From Pelagomonas calceolata (lineage: Eukaryota): a stretch of 64,000 nt of DNA. Location: the NCBI GenBank assembly GCA_918797485.1, contig CAKKNE010000003.1:806001-870000 (forward strand), in the 5' to 3' direction. This document shows, piece after piece, positions 21,420 to 31,929 of the stretch (position 1 is its first letter; every line of letters begins with the position of its first letter). Under the pieces are notes generated by a model, which saw only the letters and a list, made by a program, of their open reading frames with translations, was not told the origin of the DNA and did no database searches. A program made the position numbers and the translations under genes.

Positions 21420-22727
21420 ATGCCGCTCACGCTCGCTCAGCAAGCGAGGATCGCGAAGAAGAAGCAGGACGCTCTGGATCGCAAGCGTCAGAAGGAGGCC
21501 GAGCGCGAGGCGAAGCGCGCGCGCCACGAGGAACAGGAACAGGCCGCCGCCCCGGCGCCGGCACCGGAGGTCCCGCGCGGCCTGCGTGCGCATAATGGTG
21601 TGGGCCTTCGGGAAGCTCCGCTGCATGCGAGAAGGCGGAGCGTGCCGGTCCGCCGCTTTTCAGCCGAGGCCGAAGACGAGCCTGCCGCGGCTCCGCCGGC
21701 GCCGGCGGCCCCGCATCCATCGCCCGCCGCTGCGAGTGTCCCAGCGCCTGCTCCTGCAGTTCCGCCGCCGGCCGGCGGCGTCGCGGCGACGCCGTCGAGC
21801 GGCGCCATGGCGTGGGTGTTAGCTTCCGAGTTAGCGGCGGCCGAAACGCCGGCGGCGCCTCCCGCGCCGCCACGAGCCGTCACAGAGTCGCCGCCGTCGC
21901 CGCCCGCTGCGGCGCGCGAGCCGGTGCCACCACCGGCTTCGCCGTTGCGATTCGACGAGGCCTCCGATGATGACGGCGCGGCGGCGCGGAATGCTTCCGA
22001 TGACGGCGCGGCGGCGGCGGCGCCGGAGCCAGACGCCTCCGACGACGACTCTGTGGTCTTCCTCGGCAGCAACGGCGCCGCGCAAGCGCCAGAACCGGTT
22101 CCAGCACCGGTTCCGGCGCCGGCTCCGGTGCCGGCAGAAGAAGAGGGTCCACGATGCGGGCACGGCAAGCTAGCGACGGAGCACTGTCCCCAATGCGCTG
22201 CCTTTCTGGCCTACGAAGCGTCGCACGGCATGTTGGTACTGGATCAATCACTCGCGGCCGAGGGCGCGCCGCCGCCCCCGTCCCACGTCATTGTTGGAAA
22301 ACCTCGGACCTCGTTAGACAAAGCTGAGGAGTGTGTGGTGTGTATTTGTGTGGAAATCAACGCACGAAGGCGCCGGGAAATTTTGATTTCTACACAGGTT
22401 TGCATGGACAACGTCGGGTCTCAAGTCCTGAACCCGTGCGCCCACCGCGTCTGCGACGGCTGCGCGAAGAAGCTCGGTGAATGCCCGATGTGTCGCCAGA
22501 AGATGGTCGGGTTCCGCGGCGGCGCGGCGTTCATGCCCGTCGGCAGCCCGGAAGGGCGCGCCATCGTGGCGGCGGCGCGCGGCGAGGTCGTTCCCGCGCC
22601 GGCGCCGGCGGCGGCGCCCGCGCCGCGACGAACAAAGCCGCGCAACGTCCTCGAGCGCTGGGTCGGCGCGTCGTCGACCGCGCGGCCGGCGAAGAAGAAG
22701 CCGGCGTCGCGGCGCAAGAAGCGATAG
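21420..22727 (+). CDS. C3HC4 RING-finger protein, Pro/Ala-rich; intron 22338..22397
   Basis: After splicing the finger reads CVVCMDN...PCAHRVCDGC...CPMCR with canonical RING spacing. Confidence 0.85.
   Translation: MPLTLAQQARIAKKKQDALDRKRQKEAEREAKRARHEEQEQAAAPAPAPEVPRGLRAHNGVGLREAPLHARRRSVPVRRFSAEAEDEPAAAPPAPAAPHPSPAAASVPAPAPAVPPPAGGVAATPSSGAMAWVLASELAAAETPAAPPAPPRAVTESPPSPPAAAREPVPPPASPLRFDEASDDDGAAARNASDDGAAAAAPEPDASDDDSVVFLGSNGAAQAPEPVPAPVPAPAPVPAEEEGPRCGHGKLATEHCPQCAAFLAYEASHGMLVLDQSLAAEGAPPPPSHVIVGKPRTSLDKAEECVVCICVEINARRRREILISTQVCMDNVGSQVLNPCAHRVCDGCAKKLGECPMCRQKMVGFRGGAAFMPVGSPEGRAIVAAARGEVVPAPAPAAAPAPRRTKPRNVLERWVGASSTARPAKKKPASRRKKR
22338..22397 (+). mobile_element. Introner element (60-nt, in-frame intron)
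   Basis: TIRs TTGTGTGGAAATCAA/TTGATTTCTACACAG; TSD GTGTGTAT/GTTTGCAT. Confidence 0.85.
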
Positions 22728-23021
22728 TCTCTGTCTTAATTTATGTTGCTAGTATCTTCTCTTGTTGTTGGTGTTGTTCTGCGCACGCGTTCCGCCGCCT
22801 TCCTGGCTTGCTAGCATCCCTAGTGTCTTGCGCCGCTAGCCTGGCTCTCACACGTGTTTTTCACGCTGTGCTCGGCACAGAGATTACATCAGGCCCATAC
22901 AACCAACACAAAAGCTCATTCTATCACATTCTAAGCGGCACGCGCTGCAAAATTCCCGGTGAGCATCGCTGCGCAATTTGCGAGCTATCACACACTGTGA
23001 CCTGAGAAGCATGTATACGAT

Positions 23022-24791
23022 ATGAATTTGATCCTGCGGGCTTGCGGCCTCAGAAAGCCGTCGCCGCCGCCGCCCGTGGAGCCGGCGGCTTGGCGCCGGC
23101 GCGGGACGCTTCCGGTAAGTCCTCTCGTCGACCTGCCCGTCTCGGCGCTCTGGCGCTGCGCACTGTTCGGCGAGCTGTCGACGTTCCACGGCCTCATCGT
23201 CGTCATGGGCCACTCGCGGCGCCGCGCGGCCGCCACCCTCAAGGGCATTATGCGCAACGACCCCTCAAGGCCGTCGGCTCTGTTCAGCGATGCGCGAGAA
23301 GTACAGATGCAATACACGGACGACGACCATCACAGGGCCACGCCGTCCAGACGTAAATGGTGCATCCCCTGGGCCTCCGAAGGTTCGTTCGCGTACCTCC
23401 GATTATCTGCCGAGGCTCTCGAGCGAGAGGAGGAGTCTCATTGGCCGGAGGACGGCGAGTCGTTCGCCGGCCGCCGCGCGGCCGCGATCCGCCTCGTGCT
23501 CGAGACGGCGGTCTACCACGGCGTCGCGTCGATCGAGGGCACGAACAGGGACGTCGATGGCCACGAGACCGTCGCCCTGGTCTCCGTCGCGCGGCCGGCT
23601 GCGCGGTGCTCGCCGGAGGCCGCCGAGGCGCCGCGCGTCCTCTTCGTCGTCAGCTCGGCAGAGGCCACGACAGGGAAGGGTTGCGGGGACGGGCAAGTTT
23701 ACGAGAGCCTTGGCGTGTATGCGGTGCTGGGCGCCGGGGGAAACGAGCGGCGCGCGGCGTTGGTCGACGCGGCATGGGAGCTTTTGGATCCCGAAGGGAC
23801 GGGCTTCGTCGAGCTGGCAGCGTTCTCTGACGCGCACGACGCGTCACGCCATCCTCGCGTATGTGAAGATGGCGAAGTTAATGAATGGCAAAAGGAAAGG
23901 CAGGAAAAAGCGTTGCGGGTGTGGTGCAAGCGCCACGCGGGACTCGACCGCGCGGGCCACGTCTCGCGGCGCGAGTTCCAGACGTATTACGCCGAGTGCC
24001 CCGAGAACGACGACGAGGCCTTCGAGCGGCGGCTCGACGTGTGGACTGCCGGGGAGACGCTCTCCGTCGAGCGCTCGTCCGATCCCGCTGCCCCTAGCCC
24101 GATGCGGCCATGCTCGCGGCTCGTCCGGCTCGTCCACACGTTCTGGCCGCAAGAAGACCGGAACTTTGACAACGGCGACGACCACGAATACCTCCACACC
24201 GCGACACACGAGACTTGCGAGGACGTGGCCGAGCTCCTCGGCGTGTCTTACTTTGACCTCGGTCATGTAATCAAGGCCGTGGCGCTCGTGGCGAACCTGC
24301 GCGGCCGCGCCGACGACCAGTGGGAGCACCTCGAACGCTCGTCGAAGCACTACGCCCCACCCTCCCGTCGTTCTGAGCGCCTACGCTATTCCGAGTTCTG
24401 TGACGATTTCCCCCGCTTCGAGCGGGACACGGGAAAAAGCGAGAAGTGGGACGGGACCGTCTATTACCCGGAGGGCAAGGACCTCTTCTACCGGGTACCC
24501 GGAGGAGGCAGTCGCGACATGAACGGCTCGTCGCGCGCGGCGGACCACGAGTTCTCGTATCGCCACGAGTCGGCCCACGGCCTCCTCCGCCGCGTCGTGG
24601 ACGAGGTCTCGACGCGCGTCGACCTGGCGTCGTGCGCGTCGCTGGAGACGCTGCACGACAAGCTCCGCGGGTGGCGCGAGGTCGTGCGCGCGCGGCTCCG
24701 GCGCGCCAATCCCCCCATTCCACAACCGTGGATGCCCTCTGGCGACTATTTCAAGTTCGAGATGAGCACGCAACCGTGGCGCGGGGTCTAG
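23022..24791 (+). CDS. Unknown protein with a calcyphosin-like EF-hand region
   Basis: AWELLDPEGTGFVEL...DASRHPRV...DRAGHVSRREFQTYY...DDEAF; exon structure at the 5' end is uncertain. Confidence 0.6.
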   Translation: MNLILRACGLRKPSPPPPVEPAAWRRRGTLPVSPLVDLPVSALWRCALFGELSTFHGLIVVMGHSRRRAAATLKGIMRNDPSRPSALFSDAREVQMQYTDDDHHRATPSRRKWCIPWASEGSFAYLRLSAEALEREEESHWPEDGESFAGRRAAAIRLVLETAVYHGVASIEGTNRDVDGHETVALVSVARPAARCSPEAAEAPRVLFVVSSAEATTGKGCGDGQVYESLGVYAVLGAGGNERRAALVDAAWELLDPEGTGFVELAAFSDAHDASRHPRVCEDGEVNEWQKERQEKALRVWCKRHAGLDRAGHVSRREFQTYYAECPENDDEAFERRLDVWTAGETLSVERSSDPAAPSPMRPCSRLVRLVHTFWPQEDRNFDNGDDHEYLHTATHETCEDVAELLGVSYFDLGHVIKAVALVANLRGRADDQWEHLERSSKHYAPPSRRSERLRYSEFCDDFPRFERDTGKSEKWDGTVYYPEGKDLFYRVPGGGSRDMNGSSRAADHEFSYRHESAHGLLRRVVDEVSTRVDLASCASLETLHDKLRGWREVVRARLRRANPPIPQPWMPSGDYFKFEMSTQPWRGV

Positions 24792-24875
24792 ATGACTGGT
24801 TAAGATATTGTATGCGAACCGACTTCCGGCGTCTTCGACCGGGTGGAAGAGGGGTTGTGGGATGGTAGTGAGAGG

Positions 24876-26267
24876 TCACGAAGCGCGTCGCGGCGGCTCG
24901 CCGGGCTGCCACTCGGACGCGTAGGCCGACGGCGTCCAAGTGTCGTACCCGGGCGCCGGCGCCGGCGACGGCGGCCGCGGCTGTTCGAGCCAGCCGGGTC
25001 CAGGCGGCGCGGCGATCGAGCCGAGGCGCCCGCGCGGCTGCGGCGGCGCGTCGTCGATGAGCGCCGGGCCGCGCGGCGCCAGGGCGGGCGCGGGCGCTGC
25101 GTCGGTGACGCGGACCCGCCCCATCAACTGGGCCAGGTTCGCCTGGATGTTGTTGAGGTAGCCGCTGGTCTTGGCCGGCGGCGGCCCCCTCCAGGTGTTG
25201 GGGACCGGCGGCGGCGCCGTCAGCGACCGCGACGACAGCGAGACGGCGGGCGCCGGCGACGAGCGCACGGAGCGCGACGAGTGGTGCGAGCGCCGGCTGT
25301 CGCGCGACGCCACGGACCGCGACGCCATCGACGGCGTCATCAACGGCGGCGGCGAGAACGGTTCCGGTCGTTGAGGCCCGCTGATCATCTCCGGCGTGCC
25401 CCGGTCGAGCAGCGTCCGCTCGAGTAGGATCGACTCGTGGCCGACGACGGCCAGGCCCGGCGGGTGGGCGACCTGTGGGGAGATCGACCGGTGAGTTCTA
25501 AGCCCCCCGATGCGAGTTAAACTTGCTCGTCGAGGTGTGGTGCGGGACAGGCTGCAGTTTTCTGGCAAGAAGGAAAATTGCTGTAAGCAGCCTTCACACC
25601 ACCCACGCGTAGAGCAGAAAAATTGATATCCGCGCCGCGGACGGACGCGCCAGTCCCCATATTTACCTTGCTTGAGCTCGAAGGTCACGATGGCGCCGAG
25701 CGGCGGGCTCTGGCCGCCGGGGCACCACTTGCTCAAGCAATACACTCCACCGTTCAAATCACCAGTGGTGATCCAGCAGCACGCCGACGACGGCTTCCGC
25801 GTGGACACGACGCCGTCGACGCGCTTGCCCGGGCGGCGCCGCGGCGGCGCCAACCGCGGGTCGGCCGGCTCGGGCCAGGCCATACTCTCGTAGAGCCACT
25901 CGCCGTTCTTCGCGACCCATCTATGTTCCTCTGTGAGCGACAGGCGGAAGGTCACGCGCGCACCAGACGCGGGTAACCGGGGCGAGACGCGGCCGCTCAG
26001 GAAGACGTCGCCGCCGCCGTCGTCCATCTCGACGAAGATAGCTATGTCCTGGCCGCGCGCGGACTTGAGGCGCTGCTCCTTGACCGTTCCACTCGCGAGG
26101 GCATCTACTACTCTATTTGCGCCAGAGATGGAGGAATGAGCAGATAAAGTAACGGGCAGGCCGTGGGGGAGTCCACCGTGGCCCGGCGGGAGGCCCGAGT
26201 AGTGGCTCGACGACGCGTACGACGAGCCATCATTAAAACCGGCGCCGGTGCCGGGGCGCGTGTACAT
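24876..26267 (-). CDS. Protein with cold-shock/OB-fold-like domain(s); probable in-frame intron 25473..25646
   Basis: GVV...CWI...GVY...G.IVTFEL..GK..WR|VA; a 174-nt GT...CCCACAG segment has non-coding-like composition. Confidence 0.55.
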   Translation of the reverse strand: MYTRPGTGAGFNDGSSYASSSHYSGLPPGHGGLPHGLPVTLSAHSSISGANRVVDALASGTVKEQRLKSARGQDIAIFVEMDDGGGDVFLSGRVSPRLPASGARVTFRLSLTEEHRWVAKNGEWLYESMAWPEPADPRLAPPRRRPGKRVDGVVSTRKPSSACCWITTGDLNGGVYCLSKWCPGGQSPPLGAIVTFELKQGKYGDWRVRPRRGYQFFCSTRGWCEGCLQQFSFLPENCSLSRTTPRRASLTRIGGLRTHRSISPQVAHPPGLAVVGHESILLERTLLDRGTPEMISGPQRPEPFSPPPLMTPSMASRSVASRDSRRSHHSSRSVRSSPAPAVSLSSRSLTAPPPVPNTWRGPPPAKTSGYLNNIQANLAQLMGRVRVTDAAPAPALAPRGPALIDDAPPQPRGRLGSIAAPPGPGWLEQPRPPSPAPAPGYDTWTPSAYASEWQPGEPPRRAS

Positions 26268-26820
26268 CGTCGCGTCGGAGGCGTGGCCCCGGCCGTTGGT
26301 TTGGGCTATATGTGTGCCTCCGGCGGCCTGTCTAGTCCGCGCGTGCCCCCGCGCGTTGTGAAACCGACTTGGGGCAGATTTTGGCCGACCACAGAATTCA
26401 AGCGCCAGAGCTCGCGGCGGCGCCGGAAACCGTGAGCGATCAATTCAACCAGTTCGCCTGATCCCTTTGCGCACGCGTATCTGGCTCGTGCGCGTCGCGA
26501 TGGGTGATTGACCTCGGCCTCTCGTGAGTGAGTTTAGCAGAGGTGCACCGTGAAGTAAACCCCCCGACCACGTCTCCCACGGCCCAGCAATGCCTTCCTA
26601 GACTTATAGACGGCCCTTGCGCTCGCGGAGACCAAACCCGCGCTAACAACGCGCTTGCTCTGCGAGGCGCTTTTTTGCGCGGGAGCAGGCGGGGAAGCAC
26701 CATACGCACCCGGCGCAAGCCAGCGGACGCCACTCGTGCCTCCCAACAGCCGCCGGGCTGGACCGCTCCGCTCATCGCGCCACTGCCCGGGTGCTGCGGG
26801 GCAGCCCGCCACAGACAACC

Positions 26821-29800
26821 ATGCCGATGTCCAGCAAGGCCTTCCTCGAGGCCACGCGCGCGCGCCAGGCCGAGGAGGCGCAGGCCGCGCGCATGGCGCG
26901 GTATGATGCCCACGTGAAGGCGCAGAGAGCCAAGAAGCGCCTGCGGAACGAGATGCGCGACGCCTTGGATACGCACAACAAGACCTTGGCTGGTAGGGCT
27001 CGGAAGTCCGCCGCTCGCTTAGCCGCGAACCCGCGCACGGGTGGAGCGGCCCCGAGGACGGCGGACGACGAGACCATAAGAAAAGCGTTTGCCCACTTCG
27101 ACAAAGATAATTCGGGTACCATCGACGTGCAGGAGCTCGGTGGTGCGCTACACATGGTTTTAGGGAGAAGGCCGGCCAAAGAGGCCATCCAGAAATTATT
27201 TGAAATTGCTGACGAAGACGGCTCGGGCGAACTAGACTTGCGAGAGTGGACGAAGGTGGCCAAAAGGGGCGAGTTGGTCGACAAAGAAATACTACATCCC
27301 AAATACCGGTTGATGATGGAGATCAAGCGGCGGCGGGCCGGTGAGAGGGACGCGTCGGAGGCGGCGCTCGCGGCGACGTCCGCGCAAATCGAGCAAGCAA
27401 AAAGGGAGGCGGACGCGACGCGCCAGAAGTGGAAGGATGAAGAAGAACGGCGCCTGCGGAACTCCATCGAGAGACGTAAGGTACTGAGAAAGCAACAGCT
27501 CGAACTCAAGAAGAAAAATGATGACATGAAGCGGCGCGACGACAAGCAACGGTTGAAGGAGCGCAAGGCGCGCAAAGCGAAGGTCGCGCAGGACGTCGCG
27601 GACGGCGTCGGCCACGAGCTGTATCGGGCGATGGAAGAAAGGGCGCGCAAGAGGTGTTTAGATGCCATCATCGAAGCTACTTTGACAGATGTGGACCGCG
27701 ACTTCGACAAACGGACATCTACGAGAGCGAATTCGAGGCAGATGTCGCGGTTCTACGTCGGGGCTCGCGAAGACTTGGCCATCCAACAGCAACGCGCCGC
27801 GAAGGCCCGTAAGATCAAGGAGGCCAACAAGCGCGCGAAGCCGGCCTGGTACGCGTCTACGACACCCAAATTCGACGACGTCGAACTCAAAGACCAGACG
27901 GTCTACACGCAGCCGCCCCAAGAAATTCTGGACGCCGTGCAAGACGGAGGTTTCGAAGACATGTCGGAATCAGATGACGACGGAGCCATGCCCGCGGAGC
28001 TGCGCAAGGTGCGCTTCGTCGAAGACGACCTGGACGCGGCGGCGACGCTACTCCAGAACTCGCAGCGACGGCGGACGGCGCGGCTCGAAGTGGCGCAGAA
28101 GCGCCAGATCAATTCCGCGGCGACGTTGCTGCAGAATTCCGAGAGGAGGCGGACGGCTCGCCTGGAAGTGGCGCAGAAGCGGCAGAAACGCGATGATAGT
28201 GCGGCGACGATGCTCCAAGGTTCGGTGCGGAGGCGCAACGCCAAGCAGGAGATCTCGCAGCGAAGACGCAAACGGGACGACGGCGCGGCTACGTTACTGC
28301 AGGGGTCTGTGCGACGGCGCAACGCCCGCGCCGAAGTGGAGCGCCGGCGCGCCGCGACGACGGAGCACAAAGAGTGGCCCGCGTTCGGCCAGAGCTTGAT
28401 AGGCGCGGCGGTCGAGGTCAACGTCGACGGAATGTGGCTCCCGGCCGAGATTGTGGAAGTGGGCGCGGCGCTGGCCGACTTGGACGGCGCGAACGGTGTT
28501 TGTGTGCGCTTTAGTGATGAGACCCATACAATTACAGAGGAGTGGCACGAGTTCGGCAGCGACGAGATCAGGATCATCGAAGCCGCGGCCGAAAACACGC
28601 GCCCGGCCTTCGGCGCGAGTTTAGTAGGCACCTACGTGCAGGTCCACGTCGCGGGGGCCTGGCTCGACGCCGTGGTCGTCGCCGTCGAGGCCGCGATGGC
28701 GGACCACGACCACAGGGACGGTATTTGCATCCAGTACGCCGCCTACCCGTCGGCGGATCCCGAGTGGCACTTGTATGAGAGCGAGGATATTTTATACAGA
28801 CGCCAGGCGCGCGACGACGACTCGTCGCTGCTCACGGCGCCATCCCTGGAACCCCGGGAGGAGGAGAGGCCTGCGACGCCCCTGCGCCTGGCGCCCGCGC
28901 CGGAACAACGCGAGTGGCCCGCCTTCGGCCAGGACTTGCTCGGTGCAAAGGTCAAGGTCAACGTCGCGGGCGCCTGGCTCCGCGCGGAAGTCGTGGAGGT
29001 CGGCGCGGCGCTGGCCGAGCTCGAGGGCGCGAACGGCGTTTGTATTCGCTTTACCGATAACGACGAGCACACGGAGAGCGAGGAGTGGCACGCGCACGGG
29101 TCGGACGAGGTGGTCGTCGTCAAGGCCGCGCGGGCGAACCCGCGGCCGGCGTTCGGCGCGAGCTTGGTCGGGGCCCACGTGCAGGTCCACGTGGCCGGGG
29201 CCTGGCTCGACGCGGTCGTCGTGGCCGTCGAGGCCGCGATGGAGGACCATTCCGGGCGGGACGGCATTTGCATCCAATACTCGAAGTACGCGTCGGCGGA
29301 TCCCGAGTGGCACCTCTACGACAGCGCGGACATTTTGTATCGGCGCCAGGCGACGCCGTCGGCGACGCTGGCGACGCCGCGCGACGACGACTCGTCGCTC
29401 GTCTCGTTCACGGCCTTCCAGGAGCCAATCAAGGAGGACGCGGCGGCGACGCTGCTGCAGTCGTCTCAAAGGCGGCGGACGGCGCGGCGGGAGGTGCAGC
29501 AGCGGCGGCGCGTGCGGGACGACGGTGCGGCGACGATGCTCCAGGGCTCCGTGCGACGGCGCAACGCCAAGCAGGAGGTGTCGCAGCGGCGCCGGCGCCG
29601 CGACGACGGCGCCGCGACGCGGCTCCAGGGTTCCATCCGACGGCGCAACGCGACGCAGGAGGTCGACCGGCGGCGGCGGGCCGCGCACGAGGAGCGCGAG
29701 GCCGCGAGGCTGCGCGCCGAGGCCGACGCGCGGCGCAGCCAGGAGGAGGCCGCCCGCGACGACTCCGCGGCGACGATGCTGCAAGGTTCGGTGCGGCGCC

Positions 29801-31623
29801 GCAATGCGAAGCAAGAGCTGTCGCAGAGACGCCAGGTTCGGGACGACGGCGCGGCTACGAAGTTGCAAGGCTCCGTCCGACGCCGCAACGCGAAGCAAGA
29901 GCTGTCGCAACGGCGCCAGGTGCGGGACGACGGCGCGGCCACGATGCTCCAGGGCTCGGTTCGCCGGCGCAACGCGAAGCAGGAGCTGTCGCAACGGCGC
30001 CAGGTGCGGGACGACGGCGCGGCGACCATGCTCCAGGGCTCGGTACGGAGACGCAACGCGAAGCAAGAGCTGTCGCAACGGCGTAAGGTCCGCGACGACG
30101 GCGCGGCCACGATGCTCCAGGGCTCGGTCCGACGGCGCAACGCCAAGCAGGAGCTGTCGCAACGGCGCCAAGCGCGCGACGACGCGGCCGCCGAGGCCGA
30201 GGCGGCGCGGCGCGCCGAGGCGGCCAAGGCCGAGGCCGACGCGCGCCGCCGCGAGTTCGAGCGCCAGGAGGAGCTGCGCCAGGCCGAGGCCGAGGCCGAG
30301 CTCCGGAAGGCCCGCGAGGCGGCCGAGGCGCGCCGGCGCGAGGAGGACCAAGAGAGAGAGCGCGTCGAGAAGGAGCGGCGCGCGGCCGACGAAGCCCGGC
30401 GCCGCGAGTTCGAGGCGAAGGAGCGGTCGCTGCAGCGCCCGACGTCGCGCGGCACGGTGTCCTTCTCGCCGGAGGTCGAGCGCGACGCGGCGCCCGAGTT
30501 TTATTGGAGATCAAGAAGGGTGGCCGAGGGCGACGTGCCCGTGCCGAAGCCGCCGGGCCGCGGCCTGTGCATCGCGAGGGCGCGGCGGGCCTTCGAGGCC
30601 GAGTCGGAGCAGGAGCTCCCGCTCGCCGACGGCGACCGCGTCCTCATCCGCTACGCGGAGCACCACCCGTCGCCGGGCTGGATCTTCGCCGCGATGCGCG
30701 GCAAGGCGGGCTACGTGCCCCGCAACTACCTCATCATCGTCGACGACGCGGCCGAGGCGCCCGTACCGGCGCCGCGGAAGCGCGACTTCGACCGGGCGCG
30801 GACGCCGCCGTCGCCCGGGTCGCGCCGCCGCGACTTCGACCGCGCGCGGACGCCGCCGACGCCCCCGAAGACGCCGCCTCCGCCAAAAACGCCTCCCACG
30901 ACGGCGGCGCCCTTCTTCGCGCCGCCGTCGCCCGACGAGGACGCCGACGAGCGCTCGGACGTCCTGGCGCCGCTGCCGCAGGACGACCTCCGCCGGTCGT
31001 CTTCAAGCAGACGCCGCGCGGCCGAGGAGGACGAGAACGTCATCGAGGACAGCCAGGCGAAGTTATACATAGCGTGCCAGCGCGGCGAGTTCGCCGTGGC
31101 GCGGCGCTGCGTGAAATATGGCGCGGACCCGGACCGGCCGAACGAGCACGGCTTCACGCCCTTGTTTTTGGCCTGCGAGAACGGCCACTTCGACGTCGCG
31201 CTGTTTTTGGTGCGGGACTGCGGCGCCGACGTCGACGAAGGGGCCAGCGCTTCCGGAAGAACGCCGCTCCACGAGGCGTGCTACGGCGGGCACCTCGAGC
31301 TGTGCAAGATGCTGCTGGCGTTTGGGGCCATGCTCATCGAGGACGAGGACGGCGACACGCCCTTGCAGGACGCCGAGAGCGAGGGCCACGCGGAGATCGT
31401 CGAGCTCATCATGGAGCACAAGGCGCGCGCCGCCGCCGCGCGCCAGGAGCTGCCCGACGGCTGGGAGGAGGTCTTCGACCCCGAGTCGGGCCAGTACTTC
31501 TACTTCCACGAGGCCTCGGAGGCGACGCAGTGGGAGCGGCCGGTCGCGGCTCCTCCCGAGCGGCCGGCCACGTCGGCGTCGTCGCCCGAGCGGCCAGACA
31601 GTACGGGCTTCCTCGGTGTGTAA
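26821..31623 (+). CDS. Large scaffold protein: EF-hand pair, 12 IQ-like repeats, duplicated Tudor-like modules, SH3, ankyrin repeats, WW
   Basis: DKDNSGTIDVQEL and DEDGSGELDLREW; AATMLQGSVRRRNAK repeats; ARRAFEAESEQEL...GW...GYVPRNYL; GFTPLFLACENGH; LPDGWEEVFD...YFY...TQWERP. Confidence 0.88.
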   Translation: MPMSSKAFLEATRARQAEEAQAARMARYDAHVKAQRAKKRLRNEMRDALDTHNKTLAGRARKSAARLAANPRTGGAAPRTADDETIRKAFAHFDKDNSGTIDVQELGGALHMVLGRRPAKEAIQKLFEIADEDGSGELDLREWTKVAKRGELVDKEILHPKYRLMMEIKRRRAGERDASEAALAATSAQIEQAKREADATRQKWKDEEERRLRNSIERRKVLRKQQLELKKKNDDMKRRDDKQRLKERKARKAKVAQDVADGVGHELYRAMEERARKRCLDAIIEATLTDVDRDFDKRTSTRANSRQMSRFYVGAREDLAIQQQRAAKARKIKEANKRAKPAWYASTTPKFDDVELKDQTVYTQPPQEILDAVQDGGFEDMSESDDDGAMPAELRKVRFVEDDLDAAATLLQNSQRRRTARLEVAQKRQINSAATLLQNSERRRTARLEVAQKRQKRDDSAATMLQGSVRRRNAKQEISQRRRKRDDGAATLLQGSVRRRNARAEVERRRAATTEHKEWPAFGQSLIGAAVEVNVDGMWLPAEIVEVGAALADLDGANGVCVRFSDETHTITEEWHEFGSDEIRIIEAAAENTRPAFGASLVGTYVQVHVAGAWLDAVVVAVEAAMADHDHRDGICIQYAAYPSADPEWHLYESEDILYRRQARDDDSSLLTAPSLEPREEERPATPLRLAPAPEQREWPAFGQDLLGAKVKVNVAGAWLRAEVVEVGAALAELEGANGVCIRFTDNDEHTESEEWHAHGSDEVVVVKAARANPRPAFGASLVGAHVQVHVAGAWLDAVVVAVEAAMEDHSGRDGICIQYSKYASADPEWHLYDSADILYRRQATPSATLATPRDDDSSLVSFTAFQEPIKEDAAATLLQSSQRRRTARREVQQRRRVRDDGAATMLQGSVRRRNAKQEVSQRRRRRDDGAATRLQGSIRRRNATQEVDRRRRAAHEEREAARLRAEADARRSQEEAARDDSAATMLQGSVRRRNAKQELSQRRQVRDDGAATKLQGSVRRRNAKQELSQRRQVRDDGAATMLQGSVRRRNAKQELSQRRQVRDDGAATMLQGSVRRRNAKQELSQRRKVRDDGAATMLQGSVRRRNAKQELSQRRQARDDAAAEAEAARRAEAAKAEADARRREFERQEELRQAEAEAELRKAREAAEARRREEDQERERVEKERRAADEARRREFEAKERSLQRPTSRGTVSFSPEVERDAAPEFYWRSRRVAEGDVPVPKPPGRGLCIARARRAFEAESEQELPLADGDRVLIRYAEHHPSPGWIFAAMRGKAGYVPRNYLIIVDDAAEAPVPAPRKRDFDRARTPPSPGSRRRDFDRARTPPTPPKTPPPPKTPPTTAAPFFAPPSPDEDADERSDVLAPLPQDDLRRSSSSRRRAAEEDENVIEDSQAKLYIACQRGEFAVARRCVKYGADPDRPNEHGFTPLFLACENGHFDVALFLVRDCGADVDEGASASGRTPLHEACYGGHLELCKMLLAFGAMLIEDEDGDTPLQDAESEGHAEIVELIMEHKARAAAARQELPDGWEEVFDPESGQYFYFHEASEATQWERPVAAPPERPATSASSPERPDSTGFLGV
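28372..29400 (+). repeat. Intragenic tandem duplication with a 540-nt (180-aa) period
   Basis: EWPAFGQ... begins at both 28372 and 28912; both copies end ...RDDDSSL. Confidence 0.9.
29758..30185 (+). repeat. 84-nt coding tandem repeat (IQ-like, 5 contiguous units)
   Basis: GACGAC...GCG..ACG..CT.CA.GG.TC units start at 29758, 29842, 29926, 30010 and 30094. Confidence 0.9.
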
Positions 31624-31929
31624 TTTAATCTAGAACGTACGTCGTAGATGCGCGCGCGGAAGAGCTTTACACTACGCGGTGAAAGGGAGTTGGAGGAGTG
31701 CCTACTCCGTCGAGCGCGCGAGCGCGCGTGCGGGGCCCCGCAGGATTTTCGATAAGAGTGCGCGGAACGCCTCGTGTCTCGCATCTCCGCGGGGCCCCAG
31801 TGGCTGCCATAGAACTCAGTAACGCTCCTCTCGCGAGTACCACTTGCGTGGGCAGCCGCCTGCCACCGCTGGGATCGCTGGGCTGCCCTTTCATCTGAGC
31901 ACATGGAGGTATCATAAGCGCTGGGAGCG

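Noticed and set aside
28775..31072. Long alternative-frame and antisense ORFs (765, 519, 333 and 329 aa)
   Set aside because: They are Arg/Ala/Pro-rich shadows caused by high GC and the repetitive true CDS.
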